The translations under genes and the position numbers were made by a program. This document shows positions 24,122 to 37,911 of a stretch of DNA of 64,000 nt, piece by piece. Source of the DNA: Azolla caroliniana (lineage: Eukaryota; Plantae; Polypodiophyta). Each line of letters starts with the position of its first letter. Within the stretch, counting starts at the first letter, position 1. Under the pieces are notes generated by a model, which saw only the letters and a program-made list of their open reading frames with translations, was not told where the DNA came from and did no database searches. Location: NCBI GenBank assembly GCA_043228905.1, contig JBHGNT010000017.1, positions 3,100,001 through 3,164,000 on the forward strand, written 5' to 3'.

Positions 24122-27100
24122 CGTTGTTGAGGTCAAGGAATAACTCTAGTGAAAGCAATAGACCATCCATGACCCTGGGGTTGATAGTGAAAACCACTTA
24201 CCACAACAAGAACAAAAGATCACAACACCAACACCCTTCAAAGAGTCAAGCAAGCATTGTTGCCACCATCCAAATCGATTATCTCTTAGTATTTTTAGTG
24301 TAATCCTTCTCAACCACTTGTAAGAAATGGATTATAATGGTATTAGTTAGAAACATTGCTTGGCCTACATGAATGTCTAATCATTTAGCTTTGTCGAATA
24401 TTAGGATTAAGTCATTTGATTAATATGTATCTTCTCTATTAGTGTGAGTGATAAATTGAAACTCACTAAGTGGTTAGCACTAACACCAGTAAGCTTAAGG
24501 ATGGTTTGACACTTGGATCACCCTTATTGTTGTAGTCCAGATGGACCATTGATGAGGAGCTGTGTTTGGGATGAACTCTCAAATCTCCATACACTAAATG
24601 CATCGAGTTAATTGCTTGAAGTGCTAACCATTATGCAATTAATCTTGCAATGGTTAATTTTTTTAATGGTTCAAATTGTATTGTTGTTCTTGGTGTCACT
24701 TAATGAATGTCAAGTTGTAGACAGGAGTGCTTGAATTCTAAACTTTATTGATTAATCCAACTTGTCATATTGATGTGGCAAGCCCCCCCACCCAAAATAA
24801 CGAAACAAAATCATTCACATCTTCTTTGTTATGCCTAAATAGGGCCCACACATTGAATCATTCAGTTTTATTGGACGAGTCTCGGTAAAAAGGGATTTGT
24901 GGCCATTATTCCTAGTTTGGTGTAACCTCATCTTTAGTTGTGCCCAAAACCAACCTTCCAAAAATAAAAATCAATATGTTTTCTCATCCACATAGTCTTC
25001 ATAGATTAAACTAAACATTTTTCAAGGTGGTGATTGACAACCACTTAAACATTTTTGGAGATAATATGTTCTTTTTCATACTTCTACTGTCTACATATAT
25101 CCACATGAATGAGTTTTACTTTTTTGTCTTTATTTTAGATTGTGACAAGACAACATCAATGTGTATGATGATTTTTGTTTCTAGCCTCGTCTTAAAATGG
25201 TTCACATGGGTGGGGATTGCTTTTCACATGACATAAAAGTGGATTGGTCTCAACTCAATGGCATGTCTTGTATAATGCCACCCATACCAAACATGTGTGT
25301 GGGAAAGCATGGTAGATCTAGAGTTCATGACTTGTGATCTCTTGATATGAGCCTATGGTTATATTTATAGGATTTTGTAAACTCCCTCCAACTTAAAATG
25401 CATTGAGCTTCTACATGTTGTAGGTTAAAGTGGGCTTTCACAATAGGCTTCTCATTGCCCAAACCTCATTTAATTTGTATTTTGTATCATGAAGCAAAAT
25501 GTAGACAAGTTCACATCCTTTTCTCATAGTTATTTACTAGGATTGGATTGATGACACTTTAATATTGATGAAATTTTATAGTTTCCTCTTTTCTTAAATT
25601 CAGACATTCTATTTAAATTCCTCCTTTGATTTCGATTGCTATGAACTCCTTGTTTCCAAAGGTTATTAGAGGGGCACACTTCTGGCCTTTCCCTTGTTTG
25701 CCTTGTAGGATTTGAATGAGAAAGTTTTGTGAGTAATGTCACCTACCATGCATGAAGAGACCATTGTTTTCCTCCTAAGAAAAGGCCATGTTTAGTTCAT
25801 ATAAACACATTACAGATGGACTTTAGCCCCACTTCATCAAGTTTAGAGCAAAAATGTCCAAAATCAAATATGAAAATTTCATAATGCATAATGTGATAAG
25901 TAGATTAGGCACAATGATTCAATATTAGGTGATAATCCTCTAAATCTTGGACGGCATGGCACTTCGTATTAGCTTGAACATCTTGGCTAATGCCATAAAT
26001 ATATGTCCTAAAATGCAACCTAAATATAGGGTCGTACTTATCTTGTTGTACCATGAGCATTTGATTGTAGACAATGGACATTGAAATCATTCAAAAAAGG
26101 ACTTCATTTCTCTAGTAGTTACAACTTCTATTTAGTGTTATGCCAAAGCAGTTTTAAGGAAAATTAACTTGACATGGTAGATGCATTCAATTTTCAATAA
26201 TTAATTTGCATGAGTAATAGTCAGGCGTCTTCTGAGTAGATTTTGACACAAAAGAATTGATTGATTTTTCTTTGTTTGATTTTATGTATTGCATTCTCCT
26301 TGAGCCAAATACATTATAGAAAGGTGTGTAGATTGTGCTTTTGTATTTCCAAGTTCATCAGACATAAAAAAGTTTAGATCAATGGTTGTATCCTTCCAAT
26401 TCCCTATGAGAATGACATTTAAACATCTACTTCAAAAACCCTTCCAGCCAAATCGTTTTGCTACATCATTCCTAACTCAAAGCCAATATTTCAAATATTT
26501 GATGATTGAAGCATGCCACACCAATGAAAAGGTGAGTTTATTTATCATTTAGCCTTTGGAATGCCTCTCCTTAATTTTTGTTGCACTAATCTCTTGGTGA
26601 ATTAGTATAAGTGCTAGTGAGTTTATCCATAAATTCTAGAATTAGCATTCAATTATGGTGGTTTGTTTTGTGGTTGACATTCTTCATCACTCTAATAATG
26701 CATATTCCCAATGTTCAAGTAACCAAGACCTGAGACCTCTTTCTTCCATGAGCTTCAACATTGGTCAATTATAGCCCTCCCCATTGAAATGATCAAGAAC
26801 CCTTTCTATCACCTCATCATCGGTCAACCAATGTCTCTCTTAGACAAGACAATTATATTATATCTCTTGTTTCCATGACCTTTAACAAAATACTCAAGAT
26901 GCCTAAGAGGTGTGGATTTAGGCATGCTCATCCTCTAAAGTTTCAATATGGTATTATGTAGAGATGTGTCAAAATGTTTTCATCCATCTACCTAGGAGAG
27001 AGGTGTGGATTCAGGCATGTTCATTTCATTATAGTTATTATGGAATTTCAAAGTCTATGACAAATCACATGTATTTTATTTTCCTTACTAAGTCTAATAT

Positions 27101-27657
27101 AAACAATCAAGTTAAGATAGCAGATTTTGATGATAGGATGGAGAATGCATCAGCTATCTGATTATTGATGGATGATGAGCAGATGCATACAATTAATGGA
27201 TTTTTAGGTTGATAAGAGGATAAAAGTTGCATTAAAAACTATTAAAAAGCAAAGGTGCTCAAGGTAGAATAATGTTGCTCTAGAATGGAGAAAGTTTTAG
27301 AGAGATTTCATTCACATACATTTGCTGTTATGGTATGAAAATTTTCAGCTTTCCTAAAAGATCGTTCACATCTCCCACGGATATGGAGAATATGGAATAT
27401 TCCTTATTTTATGTTATAGCCTATATGCTCAATGGTTTAGGTGTATCTTCATTCCTGTGGTAGAGTTCAAAGAAGGTTTATTTTTTAAATGTCTTTCTGT
27501 ATAAGGGTTCATGAGAGCTCAATGAAGGTATTTTTCCCATGCCATTTTGTAGGCTTAGATATACTACACAATAGACAATTTAGAGTTGGGTCTTGAATGC
27601 AAGTGAGAGAGAGCGAGAGAGAGAGTTTACATAAATTGGAATTACGGATGCTCTTAT

Positions 27658-30600
27658 TTATATAGCATTTTCTAAGAAATCCAGCAACTTAAGATGGTCC
27701 CAAACAGGTATGATGGTGTGTGCTGCTATGAGACCAGATGCAGCTACAGCGGGCACTCCAATTCCAGGCATTGTACTATCACCGCAGCATAAGAGTCCTG
27801 GAATACTCGTTTGAGCTCCTGGAAAGCTCATCTCACCTGCCTTGATTGCTGGCCCGTACGTTCCTTCACTCCGCCGAAGATACCTCTCATGAGTTAGCGG
27901 TGTCCCCACTAGTTCCACCCTTGCCCGTGCTCGGATATCAGGAATGACCTTCTCCAATGCTCTCCATAACACCTGAAGATAACACACACATGCATTGTTT
28001 TCTTCAGCAGTCCTCATATATGATTATATGGAAAAATTCCACACTAAATATATGATTTTATACTGAAATTCACACTCTATATACATTATTACATGGTGGA
28101 ATCCACGCTCTAATACGCATGATCATTGACTGTAGATTACAGTGTAATCCACACTCCATATATGATTACAATTTACATATTAAGGAATATGGGCACTCCA
28201 TATACAGTTATTATAGTGAAATGAATAACCCTTATATGAATATGTAGTGCAATGAGCACGCAAATATGATTATATATTATGGAATGAGCACCCAAATATG
28301 ATTATATATGTAGTGGTATGAACTCTCCCAATTCCCAAGAATTCATTATTGAAAAAAAGAGATGCACCTGCGACCGCTCGTCCTTCAGTGCGGCATATTG
28401 CATGCTTTTTCGATCCATGCCCTTCCAAATCTCGTAGGGTTCATTTCCTGCTGTATAAGCATGGACTGTATGATGCCCAGGTGGAGCCAATGATGGGTCA
28501 AAGACTGTCGGTATAGAGATGATGCACACATTTTGTGGTGCACCAATATTTTTCCAATCATTCACAATAAGATGATGGCATTCGAGGTCCTTCGGTAAAC
28601 CTGATGCATCTATGCCTAAATGTAAGTGCATGAAACTCTCAGTTTTAGGAGTTAGTTTTGCTTGATTGACAAAGTCTTTATTATCAGGAATAAGCTTAGC
28701 TGTATCCCAAACAGAAGCATTTGATATCACTGCTTTTCTGCTTCTTATAGTCATCTTTGTCCCTTTCATTGGGCCTCTTGTTTTATGGAAAGTTAGACCC
28801 ACCGCACGCCCATCCTCAACTATGATATTATCCACATGAGAACATAGCAAAAGTTTACCACCATACTTCCTTAAACCTCTTACAAGTGCCTTAATGATAC
28901 TTTGTCCACCGCCAAGAGGATAATCAATCGTCCCATTTGCACGATGTCTTTCAGTAAACATTGTCACCATCTCTGCAGTGATAGTACTGTATTCAACCAA
29001 AATATTTCTATATGAGGCCTCACGGACTCAAAAATAATAAATGATTCTCTATATGTTTTAAGTAACCATTACCTTAATCTGTATGAACAGCTATTTAATC
29101 ACCATTTACATTTGCCACCATATATCAATTAACTTTACAAGAGAGAATTCAGCCTTACCTTGAACATATTAAGTTTTCCTTCTCTGCATGAGGTTTACAC
29201 AGATGGAAATCTTGCAGTGAGCTCGATGAGCTCGACTACTATTAACACATTTCAGAGATTATGTGATAACTACCAACTTCTCAGGGGGGGGGTTAGTGGC
29301 CAAGATTTTTACAGCTGACATTGTGTACTTACCAGTCGTGTTTTTATAGGTTCATAGGATAAAGGCAATACATTAGATGAAAATATATTGTTAGTGTTCT
29401 TTACCCTTCAAAAGCTGATGAATGCAGGATGCATTCATCAGAATCTGAGGGAATCCCAAATTTGAGCTTGATGACTCCAGACCGAGTCAGAATATGAAGT
29501 CAGGCACACACCAGTTTTACTGGATGGAACTCGAAGAGCTACAGGGTTTCCCGAAGGATATAAATACATATAAATAGACAAGCAATTAAATAGTGTCAGA
29601 CTGCCGTTTTATGAATCAATTCAGAAAGCACATAAGAGTTACTTCACCTTTTTTCATATATTCATGCAACTGCCTGATCTCTAAGTGCTGTTCTCTAATC
29701 TATTTGGCAAAGCTACAGTAGTTTCAAGCACCTATAACATATCAGTTTCAGACAAGAAATCAAGGATAGGCGACTTTGCATAAAAACACTAAAACATTCT
29801 TATATAGATTCATCTTCAAATGTCTCCTAAGTTCCTGTCCTCACGATATTGAAAGTATCATAGCTAACACAGATCTTTAAACAATTGGGGCGACATATAC
29901 AGAATTGCATTGTAGTCCATGGGTTATTTTTACCTATCAGCAAGAAGACCACTAAGAACAAAGCACTCTAAATCAACCAATTTTTTCAGGAATGGATCTT
30001 TGACAACCTGTGATTGAGACACACCCATAAGTTAACCATCTCTAGCTAGAAATTTAACGCAAATATTAGCATTTAACCCCTTAACATAAAATAATGGGAG
30101 AACGTCTAAGTTTATCACTAATTTCCCAAATGTCCCTAGATTTTTTTCTTTTCCCCAAATGTCCCTGGTCAATGTCTTCTAATTCTGAAAATACTCTGGG
30201 AAATTTGGGTAAATAGTGATAAACGTAGGGTATTTTAGAACTTTTTCCAAAAATCAACCATAATATCCATGCACTCTTCAATCATGTTCTCTAAAACAAA
30301 CATGGGCATTTCAGAGATTTTGGCTATCAATCACAATGTATATTGCAATTCTTAAGTTACACTCTGTTTAGACAAAACCTAACGGGTGGTTGGGAAATAA
30401 TGATAAACACTATTGTTATTCTGGAGTGTTTTTTCTTCTGAAAATAATATCTTTAAAATTTATGCAAAAGATCAAACCTTGTTAACCATATTGGAGAATG
30501 GGTCAAGAAGGCCAGTAGTGTAGGCTACACTGGGCAGAAGACGTGGTAAAAAACGTCCGATAGTGAATAAAGCTCCAAGATCTGGCCTCAATGCTGCTGC

Positions 30601-31832
30601 TGGAAGACTAGAAGCTGCTTTTCCAAGTGGTTCCATGTTCTTCTCTAGCTCCCTCCATTCAAAAGCTGCTTGAGGACCTCCTACCCTTGCGATCTCTGCC
30701 TCATATGCACCTCCATCTGCTGTGAAATTAAAAATCCCTTCTGGTAAGTAGCCCACCCATCTCTTATATTGAACACATGTAACATCTTCACCAATTGCAT
30801 CCAATACCTGCATACATGAATCATAAATTTAGTGGTTATTTTTCTCTCATAATCTCTGAGACCTAAATAATTGCTTTTTTTAAATAATATACAATTCCTG
30901 GTACACAGGTGATTGTTTACCATCTCCAAGTATGGAGGGATAATCACTGTTTAAAAACAATACTAGATCAACATCAAGGCTACATTCTAACCATGAAATC
31001 TGTTGCTAAATCACTAAAGTTGTCTAGATTTCTCCAAATGCCAGCTAAATGGCCTCCCAATCATTATCCATATGAATGTGCTACACTTTTGGAGAGCTGA
31101 TCTAACTCGATTAAGGGGATTACTTCACATTTGCTAAACCTCATTACAATTGACTAGATTTTGGCAATCCCTGATACATTTTGAATCCTTCGTCACTGTC
31201 AGTAAGTATTTTGAGGAAACTTTCCTTTACTACTCAGACGAGCTTTTCATTTTTGTGCATGAAATAATTAGAAATTATGAGAAAATACTATTAACCTACA
31301 GATTTTCACAGAAAATTATTATATTTGTGTCAGAGTTCTATTCTTTAATTTCAACAAGCATTTTAGTCAAGTGCGAGAATCACTTTTTTTACCTGATAGT
31401 TCTAGGGCTATTCCATCGAAATAACGAGTTTATTTGTAGAAGAAACTAAAACAACCATGGATATAACAAATGCATTTTGTAGAATAAAAACACAAGTGTT
31501 CCCTCCTGTGACATATCAAAAGGAAAAACACCAAAATATGCTTCCCACAAATGGGTTTTTCCGAAATTCACTAGAACACCCTATTACCCTAGTAGGAAAG
31601 TTTTGACAACTGCGGGGGCGTTCAAGGGATATATAGCTAACTATAAAAAACACTCAGTTTTTGGTGGTTTTCCCCTGTGGCAAATGCATACGCAACAAAA
31701 TGAACAAAAGCATTCCCTACAAAACAAAATTCGTTTGCACAGAAAAGTACAAGAGAATTCATTACCTGAAAAGAAATGTATTAGCATAAAGAACAAAAAT
31801 GTGACAGAAAAGGAAGTTAAAAAAGAAACAGG

Positions 31833-31869
<37 letters not shown>

Positions 31870-32317
31870 TGAGGGGATTAATGGAAGGTTTAGTGGATAG
31901 GCCAGCGTGGAAGGAAGGGCCAGAATCGAAATGGAATCCTTTCCGAATGAAAGAATGGGCGGCACCCCCTGCCACGTCATGGCTCTCACAGACGACGACC
32001 TTGAGGCCATATCGGGCGAGAATCGAAGCACAGCAGAGACCACCTATACCGGCACCGATAACTGCGGCATCCACAGGCTGGGAGGGGTCCCAATCGTCTT
32101 CGTCGTCGTCGTCTTTAAGGGCCTTAATGGGATATTTGATCGAAGAAGATGATCGGAAAGCAGCTCTGCAGGAACTAGGTCTACGAGAGAAGGAAGATAG
32201 TCTCTGCGTGCAAGAGGAAGAAGGAGACAAGGGCAGAGATGGCGATGGCGATGGCGATGGCGATGGCGATGGCGATGGCGATGGCGACCACGTCACTAAC
32301 ATAAGCGAGCTCGCCAT
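27658..32317 (-). CDS. Plastid-targeted carotenoid isomerase-like (CRTISO/CrtH-like) FAD oxidoreductase, 5 exons, 596 aa
   Basis: Exons 32317-31865, 30807-30478, 30007-29934, 28986-28368, 27972-27658 (1791 nt). Ser/Pro-rich transit peptide, VIGAGIGG, ESHDVAGGAAH, FDSGPSF, SFMHLHLG, GTPLTHERYL..GTYGP, CGDSTMPGIGVPAVAASG. Looks like the CRTISO-like paralog group rather than canonical CRTISO. Confidence 0.92.
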
Positions 32318-32611
32318 GTCTGCTTCTCTGTGTGTTAAGGAGCCATTCTCTTTTTCACACACACACACACAGAGCTGCACTGTCTGATCTTGTCTCTTGC
32401 CACCTGACACGTGGCATGCATCCGTTCATGACACGTCAACCGAAGGATACGCATTCCCATTGAAACGTGTCACACGCTGGCGCATGACACATCATCACCG
32501 GAGAGCGCGTTATGCTGATGTGGCATGCCATGGTCGGCACAGTGGGATTTGATGGAGATGGAGACAACAATGGAGGAGGCCCACGATTTTGATTGCATCA
32601 TGACATGGTGT

Positions 32612-32790
32612 CTAGGAGTCGGCAACGGCTCGGCCCAAGCCTGAATTGAGCTGGTTTGGACAAACCATTTAAGCCGTAACCGGTTTAGGAACCGGTTCGG
32701 TTCAAGTTTGAAAACTCTCAAACAGGTTAAGGCTTAACCGGTTTGGTTTGGACAAGGGCAAACCTGTTAAGCCGATACCAAACCATTGTT
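32612..32790. mobile_element. Probable hAT-type DNA transposon end
   Basis: Starts TAGGAGTCGGCAACGG, followed by dense AACCG/CGGTT/GGTTTGG motifs typical of hAT subterminal repeats; partner end not found. Confidence 0.45.
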
Positions 32791-35241
32791 GATTCCATGA
32801 AACACAAAGGTGATGAAAACCATAGAACGAGATGCCACACATGAAAGTGGAGGTGGTGCTCAGGTCATTTTTAAGGCCTCTTTGCTCAATCTCAAGAACC
32901 AATGCCCCCTTGTATGAACATGGGAGAACCCCTATGTGACCCGAGAGGGAAAGAGAATTGACGTTGGTAACCAAAACTATAGAAGGTGTCAAACTCCTTA
33001 AGAGTCAACTGCTTGAAATTGACAAAAATAAAAAATGGAGGTTTTTGGAATTTCGACACCCAAATAAGTTTCATCCTTATTTGCAATGGCGAATTGGATT
33101 TGAAAATAATGATCTCTTGCCAAAAATATAGGAATAACTATTCACAATGAACCCAAAATGTTTACCAATAAGACCTCAAAATGTTTTATCATAAATGATA
33201 AGATCTTGAAAGAATTAATTGCAAATGCTTCTTAGTAATCCAAATGTATTTTTCATAGTCTCTCTCAAATCCTTTATTTTAGTACTCTTAACCACAAGTC
33301 TCTCTTATAATGCACATATCTATCCTAATAATCATTAATCTATTCTTGTTAATCCACTTATACTACTTTGATTTCTTCTTAATCCAGATATCCTACCTTA
33401 ACCCTTTACTTAATCTCTTTGTAACCTTCTTATTCTAACTTAACCTCTTCTGTAATCTCTTCGTAATCTACTTATTCTACCTTAACTAACCCCTTCCTAG
33501 ACCTCTTCTTTAGGGACAACTATTTGAACTCCTTCACGAATCTTTTTCCTAAGTTTGTTAATCAATTAATAATCCCCTTTCATATAGCATTAGCACTATT
33601 AAGTTAAAGATGAAATTAGCACACTCATCCATTACTTTTCAATGAGTATGTGTAGAATTTCACATTGATTTGATCCACTCTCAAGTTTAATTTGTGAGAG
33701 CGTTAACACTTCTTTTCATTTTCATATCACTCATCTTACAAGCTCAAATCTTTTATCTTTTTCTTTTATGCAATGGGTTGATTCATGCACAAGGGTTTAT
33801 CTTTATGTTTGGAGGTGTTGCATTGCAAATATGACCAAATAATAGGGAATGTAACTGATTCTCATGTCTAGTTGTGGTACAAAGTGCAAGAGGGGTTGAC
33901 ACCTCTAACATGACAAAGAAAACCGCCCAGAGTGGCAAACTTACTTGGAAGTTGACAAAAAGTGGTTGATTCTATGCTTGTCTAAAAGTTTCAAGAATGT
34001 TCTAGTGGCAATTAATTCTTCTCTCCTTCAAACTTTTCTAGAGATTTACATCCTCTTATGGTTACCTCCCTAAGTCTATTATAAATCTAGCACATGGCTA
34101 CAGGACTTTTCTCCAACATTAGTTGTGTCTGATGTTTTCTCAAGTACCTATTCTCTTCTCATAATCCAATCATAAGATCAAGCCTTGTAGTTCTAGTATT
34201 GACTCATATTAGACATTGTATATACCTATCAGATATCAAACAATGTAACCAAAACATTGACATTCTTTTGCAACTTTATCCTTGTACATCATGCTCATAA
34301 CAAAGCCTGAGCTTATGCTCCAATCCGTCTTATATCTTTATTACAAGCTTCCACTCCAAACTTAAGAGGGTGGAGAAGGATTCTTGGGACTTTCTCATAT
34401 GGACATAAAAACTCTACCCATGAGTTACCTTACCCATTCATAGAGATGTAGAGCAGTACACATTGTCATCCACAGTTCACCGTCATCAATATTTTTAACT
34501 GTTGTCTTTTACATTCATTATATTCGACATCCGGCTTATGATCATTCCTGTTACACTTATGTTTTCGACTATTCATCGACATTTCCAAGTTGTTGAGGCT
34601 TCGCTAGCTCTTTCAGGAATTCTACATGCACCTTCTTCCTCCTACATCGACATAGAAAGAGCCGACCACTCTAGAACTACATCATTCGAGATAGGCCAGC
34701 TACAGAGAGTACTTTCCCATTTTCAGCTCTCTAGAAAGAGCTTGTTTTGCACTTCCTTAGTACTTCTTTTATTTCTAACAAAAATGTGTGTGCTTCAGCT
34801 TTTGGCTGACAAATGCTTAAATTTCTTCCCAATAATTCAGCTTACCAGCCCTCATACATGTTCGTATGAACTTTCCCAGAGTCAATGCATGTAGCTCATT
34901 CTCGATGCATGGCTTGTTCACGTGATAAAGTTAGCTACTAGACTCTAGTGCGAGTTCATTGAAACAAACTAACCTTGAGAACTGGATTCATATACGAAAG
35001 TTCTAGATAATCTGTTAGACGGATTTCTAGGTTGAAAGGAATATGTATCAGGGCTCTCTTGCAATGGAAAGCTACCATTTCCTCATTTGAAATGGATCAT
35101 AACAAATATACTTCCTTTCAGTAAGCATGGAATTTATCACCCACAAAAGATAAGAATATTCACATTCTGCAATTCAGTGTCAAATTTTAAATTTCATTTC
35201 ATAATATCATGGTGTGTGTAATGCATCCAATTACACATATT

Positions 35242-37911
35242 TCATACTGATACTTGGGGATGTGCCCGTGTTTCCATCCTTGCATATATATTTTCCATGC
35301 AAACATATGCAGCAGAGCACTTTTCATCCAGCTGTATTGATTGCTCAAAGGCCCATTTCCCAAGGTTAACATCTGCCCATTTGTGACAAGAACCTAGGAT
35401 AGCCAAGAATAGTGAAAGCTGGTGAGAGGAAACTTTCTCAAGTAAATTTCCAGTTTTTTTGAAGTTTCCAGCGCGGCCAAATAGATCAATCATGCAAGCA
35501 TAGTGTTCTAGTGTAGGAGGCAGACCATAGACAACCCACATTTCATCAAACAATATCTCTCCTTCTGCCAAGAAACCACTATGATTACATGCCACCAGCA
35601 AGCCAAGGAACGTAACGAGGTCAGGCAAGATACCTTCTGTCCTCATTTGTCTAAACATGTTCAAAATAACTTTAGTCTGACCTAACCGAGCATATCCATC
35701 CAGCAGTGTATTCCAAGCCAGGACATCTCGAACCTCAAGTTGTTCAAATACTTCTCTTGCTTTTTCCAATGCACCACACTTGGCATACATGCCTACCAGT
35801 GTAGTGCCAAGCATGGTGTCGTTTTGTAATAATCCTTGTCTTCTGAGCTTGATATCTACGTGTTTCCCAATCGCAAGGCACCCACCAATCCCACAAGTTT
35901 CCAAAACACAAGCATATGTTAAAGGATTAGGGGAGACTGCTTCATCTTGCATTTTCTGGAAAGAATTGAACACTTCATCAACAAGCCCTTGGTGGGCATA
36001 TCCATCCATCAGTGATGTCCATGCAACAACATCACGAACAGGAAGCTTGTCAAATACTTCTTGTGCTTTTTCTAATGCCCCACACAGTATATACATGTCT
36101 ACCAATGCAGTACCAACTACCACATCTTTTTTCAGAAATCCTTGCTTTGTAACCTCAACAGCTATTTCTTCCCCAATTTCAAGAGATCCTACAATACCAC
36201 AAGCTCTCAGAATCAAAGCATAAGTGACTCCAGTGGGAAAGATCCCCTCACCTTGCATCTTTCTAAAGCAATCTAGCGCACCATTACCGAGCCCGTGTTG
36301 AACATACCCAGCTATCAGTGTTGTCCACGATACAACATCACGTATCAGAAGATGGTCAAACACTTTTTGAGCTTTGTCAACTATCCCACATTTGACATAC
36401 ATGTCTACTAACGCCGTCGCAAGAACCACGTCTTTTTGCAATAATCCCAGATTGCTAATCTCAGCATGTATGTCTTCCCCAATCTCAAGAGATCCTATAA
36501 TACCACAAGCTTTACAAGTGCAAATATAAGTCACTGTATTTGGCGAGATTCCCTCGTACTGCATCTGCCTAAAGCATCGGAAAGCTTCATCACCAAGTTC
36601 AAATTGAACATATCCTGTCATTAGTGCATTCCATGAGACAACATCCCGCACCTCCAGCTGTTCAAACACTTCTTGTGCAGTTTTTAGTGCCCCGCACTTC
36701 ACATACATATCAACTAATGCATTACCAAGCATACTGTCTTTATCTAAAATATATCCTTGCTTTCTGACCTTGATGTCTATTTGTTTCCCAAGCTCAAGAT
36801 ACCCTCCAATGCCACAAGCTTTCAAAATGCAAATATATGTTACCATGTTTGGGGAGACTCCCTTTTCCTGCATTTTCCTGAAGCATGTCATTGCTTCTTC
36901 AAACATTTCTAAGCGAACATATCCAGCTATCAATGAAGTCCAGGACACGACGTCTGTCACAAGAAGGCTCTCGAATAATTCATGAGCTTTCTCAAGTGCA
37001 CCACATTTAACATACATATTCACAAGGGCATTGCCAAGCACTGTGTCTTTATTTAATAACCCTTTTTGTCTAACCTTCGCATCTATTTCTTCTCCCAAGT
37101 GAAGCAATCCTAAAGCTGCACAAGGTTTCAAAATGCAAATGTAAGTCACTGTATTTGGGGAAATTCCTTCATGCTTCATCTCTTGGAAACAATTCAATGC
37201 TTCATTGAAGAACTGGTGTTGGACATATCCATCTACAAGTGCAGTCCAAGCCACAACATCTCGCACAGGAAGCTCTCCAAATACTTGACGTGCTTTTTCC
37301 ATTGCACCACAGTTGGCATACATGCTAATTAGTGAGCTTCCAAGCAATAAGTCTTTTTTCAGCAACCCTTGTTCTCTAATAATAGTATCTATATCAGCCC
37401 CAACATCAAGAACTCTTGAAATTCCACAAGCTTTTAGAATGCATGTATATGTCACTACATTTGGAGAAACCCCCTGATCTTTCATGTGCTTGAAACATTG
37501 AAGAGCTTCATTGGCAAGACCATTTTGAACGTACCCAACTATCAAAGCATTCCAAGAGACAACATCAGGTGATAGAATCTGTTCAAAAATCTCTTGTGCT
37601 TCTATAAGAGCACCACATTTAGCATATGCATTGAGCAAGCAAGTGGCCACATGAATGTCCTTTGTGATCAGATCTTCCTCGAGGACTTTGGCACCTATGC
37701 TTCTAACCTTGCATATATTCTTCTCTTTCCCAAATGATTTGATGAGGCTTACAAGAGAAAATCTATCTTGACCGTGCAATTTAGGCGGGTCATCGAGAAT
37801 GAATTTATGATTTCTTAATTTGGTTCGGACCCATGATGGGTTATGCCTTCTATCTACCCATAAGAGCTTTCTTGTCTGTTTGTGTCTAAAATCAGGGCAC
37901 TTTGAGCTTCT
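35242..37911 (-). CDS. PLS-class pentatricopeptide repeat protein ending in the E domain, no DYW; start unresolved
   Basis: Repeated DVVSW/AW..GY..EA..F..M..G.SPN.VTY.CILKAC triplets; EHYACMIDLFGRAG..AAYVCMENIYA. Frame is open back to 37914 with no ATG; candidate first exon 38060-38006 (MARVLQRPISILGQQKRQ). Confidence 0.9.
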   Translation of the reverse strand, partial: RSSKCPDFRHKQTRKLLWVDRRHNPSWVRTKLRNHKFILDDPPKLHGQDRFSLVSLIKSFGKEKNICKVRSIGAKVLEEDLITKDIHVATCLLNAYAKCGALIEAQEIFEQILSPDVVSWNALIVGYVQNGLANEALQCFKHMKDQGVSPNVVTYTCILKACGISRVLDVGADIDTIIREQGLLKKDLLLGSSLISMYANCGAMEKARQVFGELPVRDVVAWTALVDGYVQHQFFNEALNCFQEMKHEGISPNTVTYICILKPCAALGLLHLGEEIDAKVRQKGLLNKDTVLGNALVNMYVKCGALEKAHELFESLLVTDVVSWTSLIAGYVRLEMFEEAMTCFRKMQEKGVSPNMVTYICILKACGIGGYLELGKQIDIKVRKQGYILDKDSMLGNALVDMYVKCGALKTAQEVFEQLEVRDVVSWNALMTGYVQFELGDEAFRCFRQMQYEGISPNTVTYICTCKACGIIGSLEIGEDIHAEISNLGLLQKDVVLATALVDMYVKCGIVDKAQKVFDHLLIRDVVSWTTLIAGYVQHGLGNGALDCFRKMQGEGIFPTGVTYALILRACGIVGSLEIGEEIAVEVTKQGFLKKDVVVGTALVDMYILCGALEKAQEVFDKLPVRDVVAWTSLMDGYAHQGLVDEVFNSFQKMQDEAVSPNPLTYACVLETCGIGGCLAIGKHVDIKLRRQGLLQNDTMLGTTLVGMYAKCGALEKAREVFEQLEVRDVLAWNTLLDGYARLGQTKVILNMFRQMRTEGILPDLVTFLGLLVACNHSGFLAEGEILFDEMWVVYGLPPTLEHYACMIDLFGRAGNFKKTGNLLEKVSSHQLSLFLAILGSCHKWADVNLGKWAFEQSIQLDEKCSAAYVCMENIYARMETRAHPQVSV

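Noticed and set aside
25500-26900. LTR-retrotransposon gag remnant
   Set aside because: Only faint zinc-knuckle-like traces; no LTR, PBS or pol motifs could be supported
34502-34894. 130-aa ORF, and the 131-aa ORF at 40723-41118
   Set aside because: TTG starts, no recognisable domain or splice structure; probably chance ORFs in decayed repeat DNA
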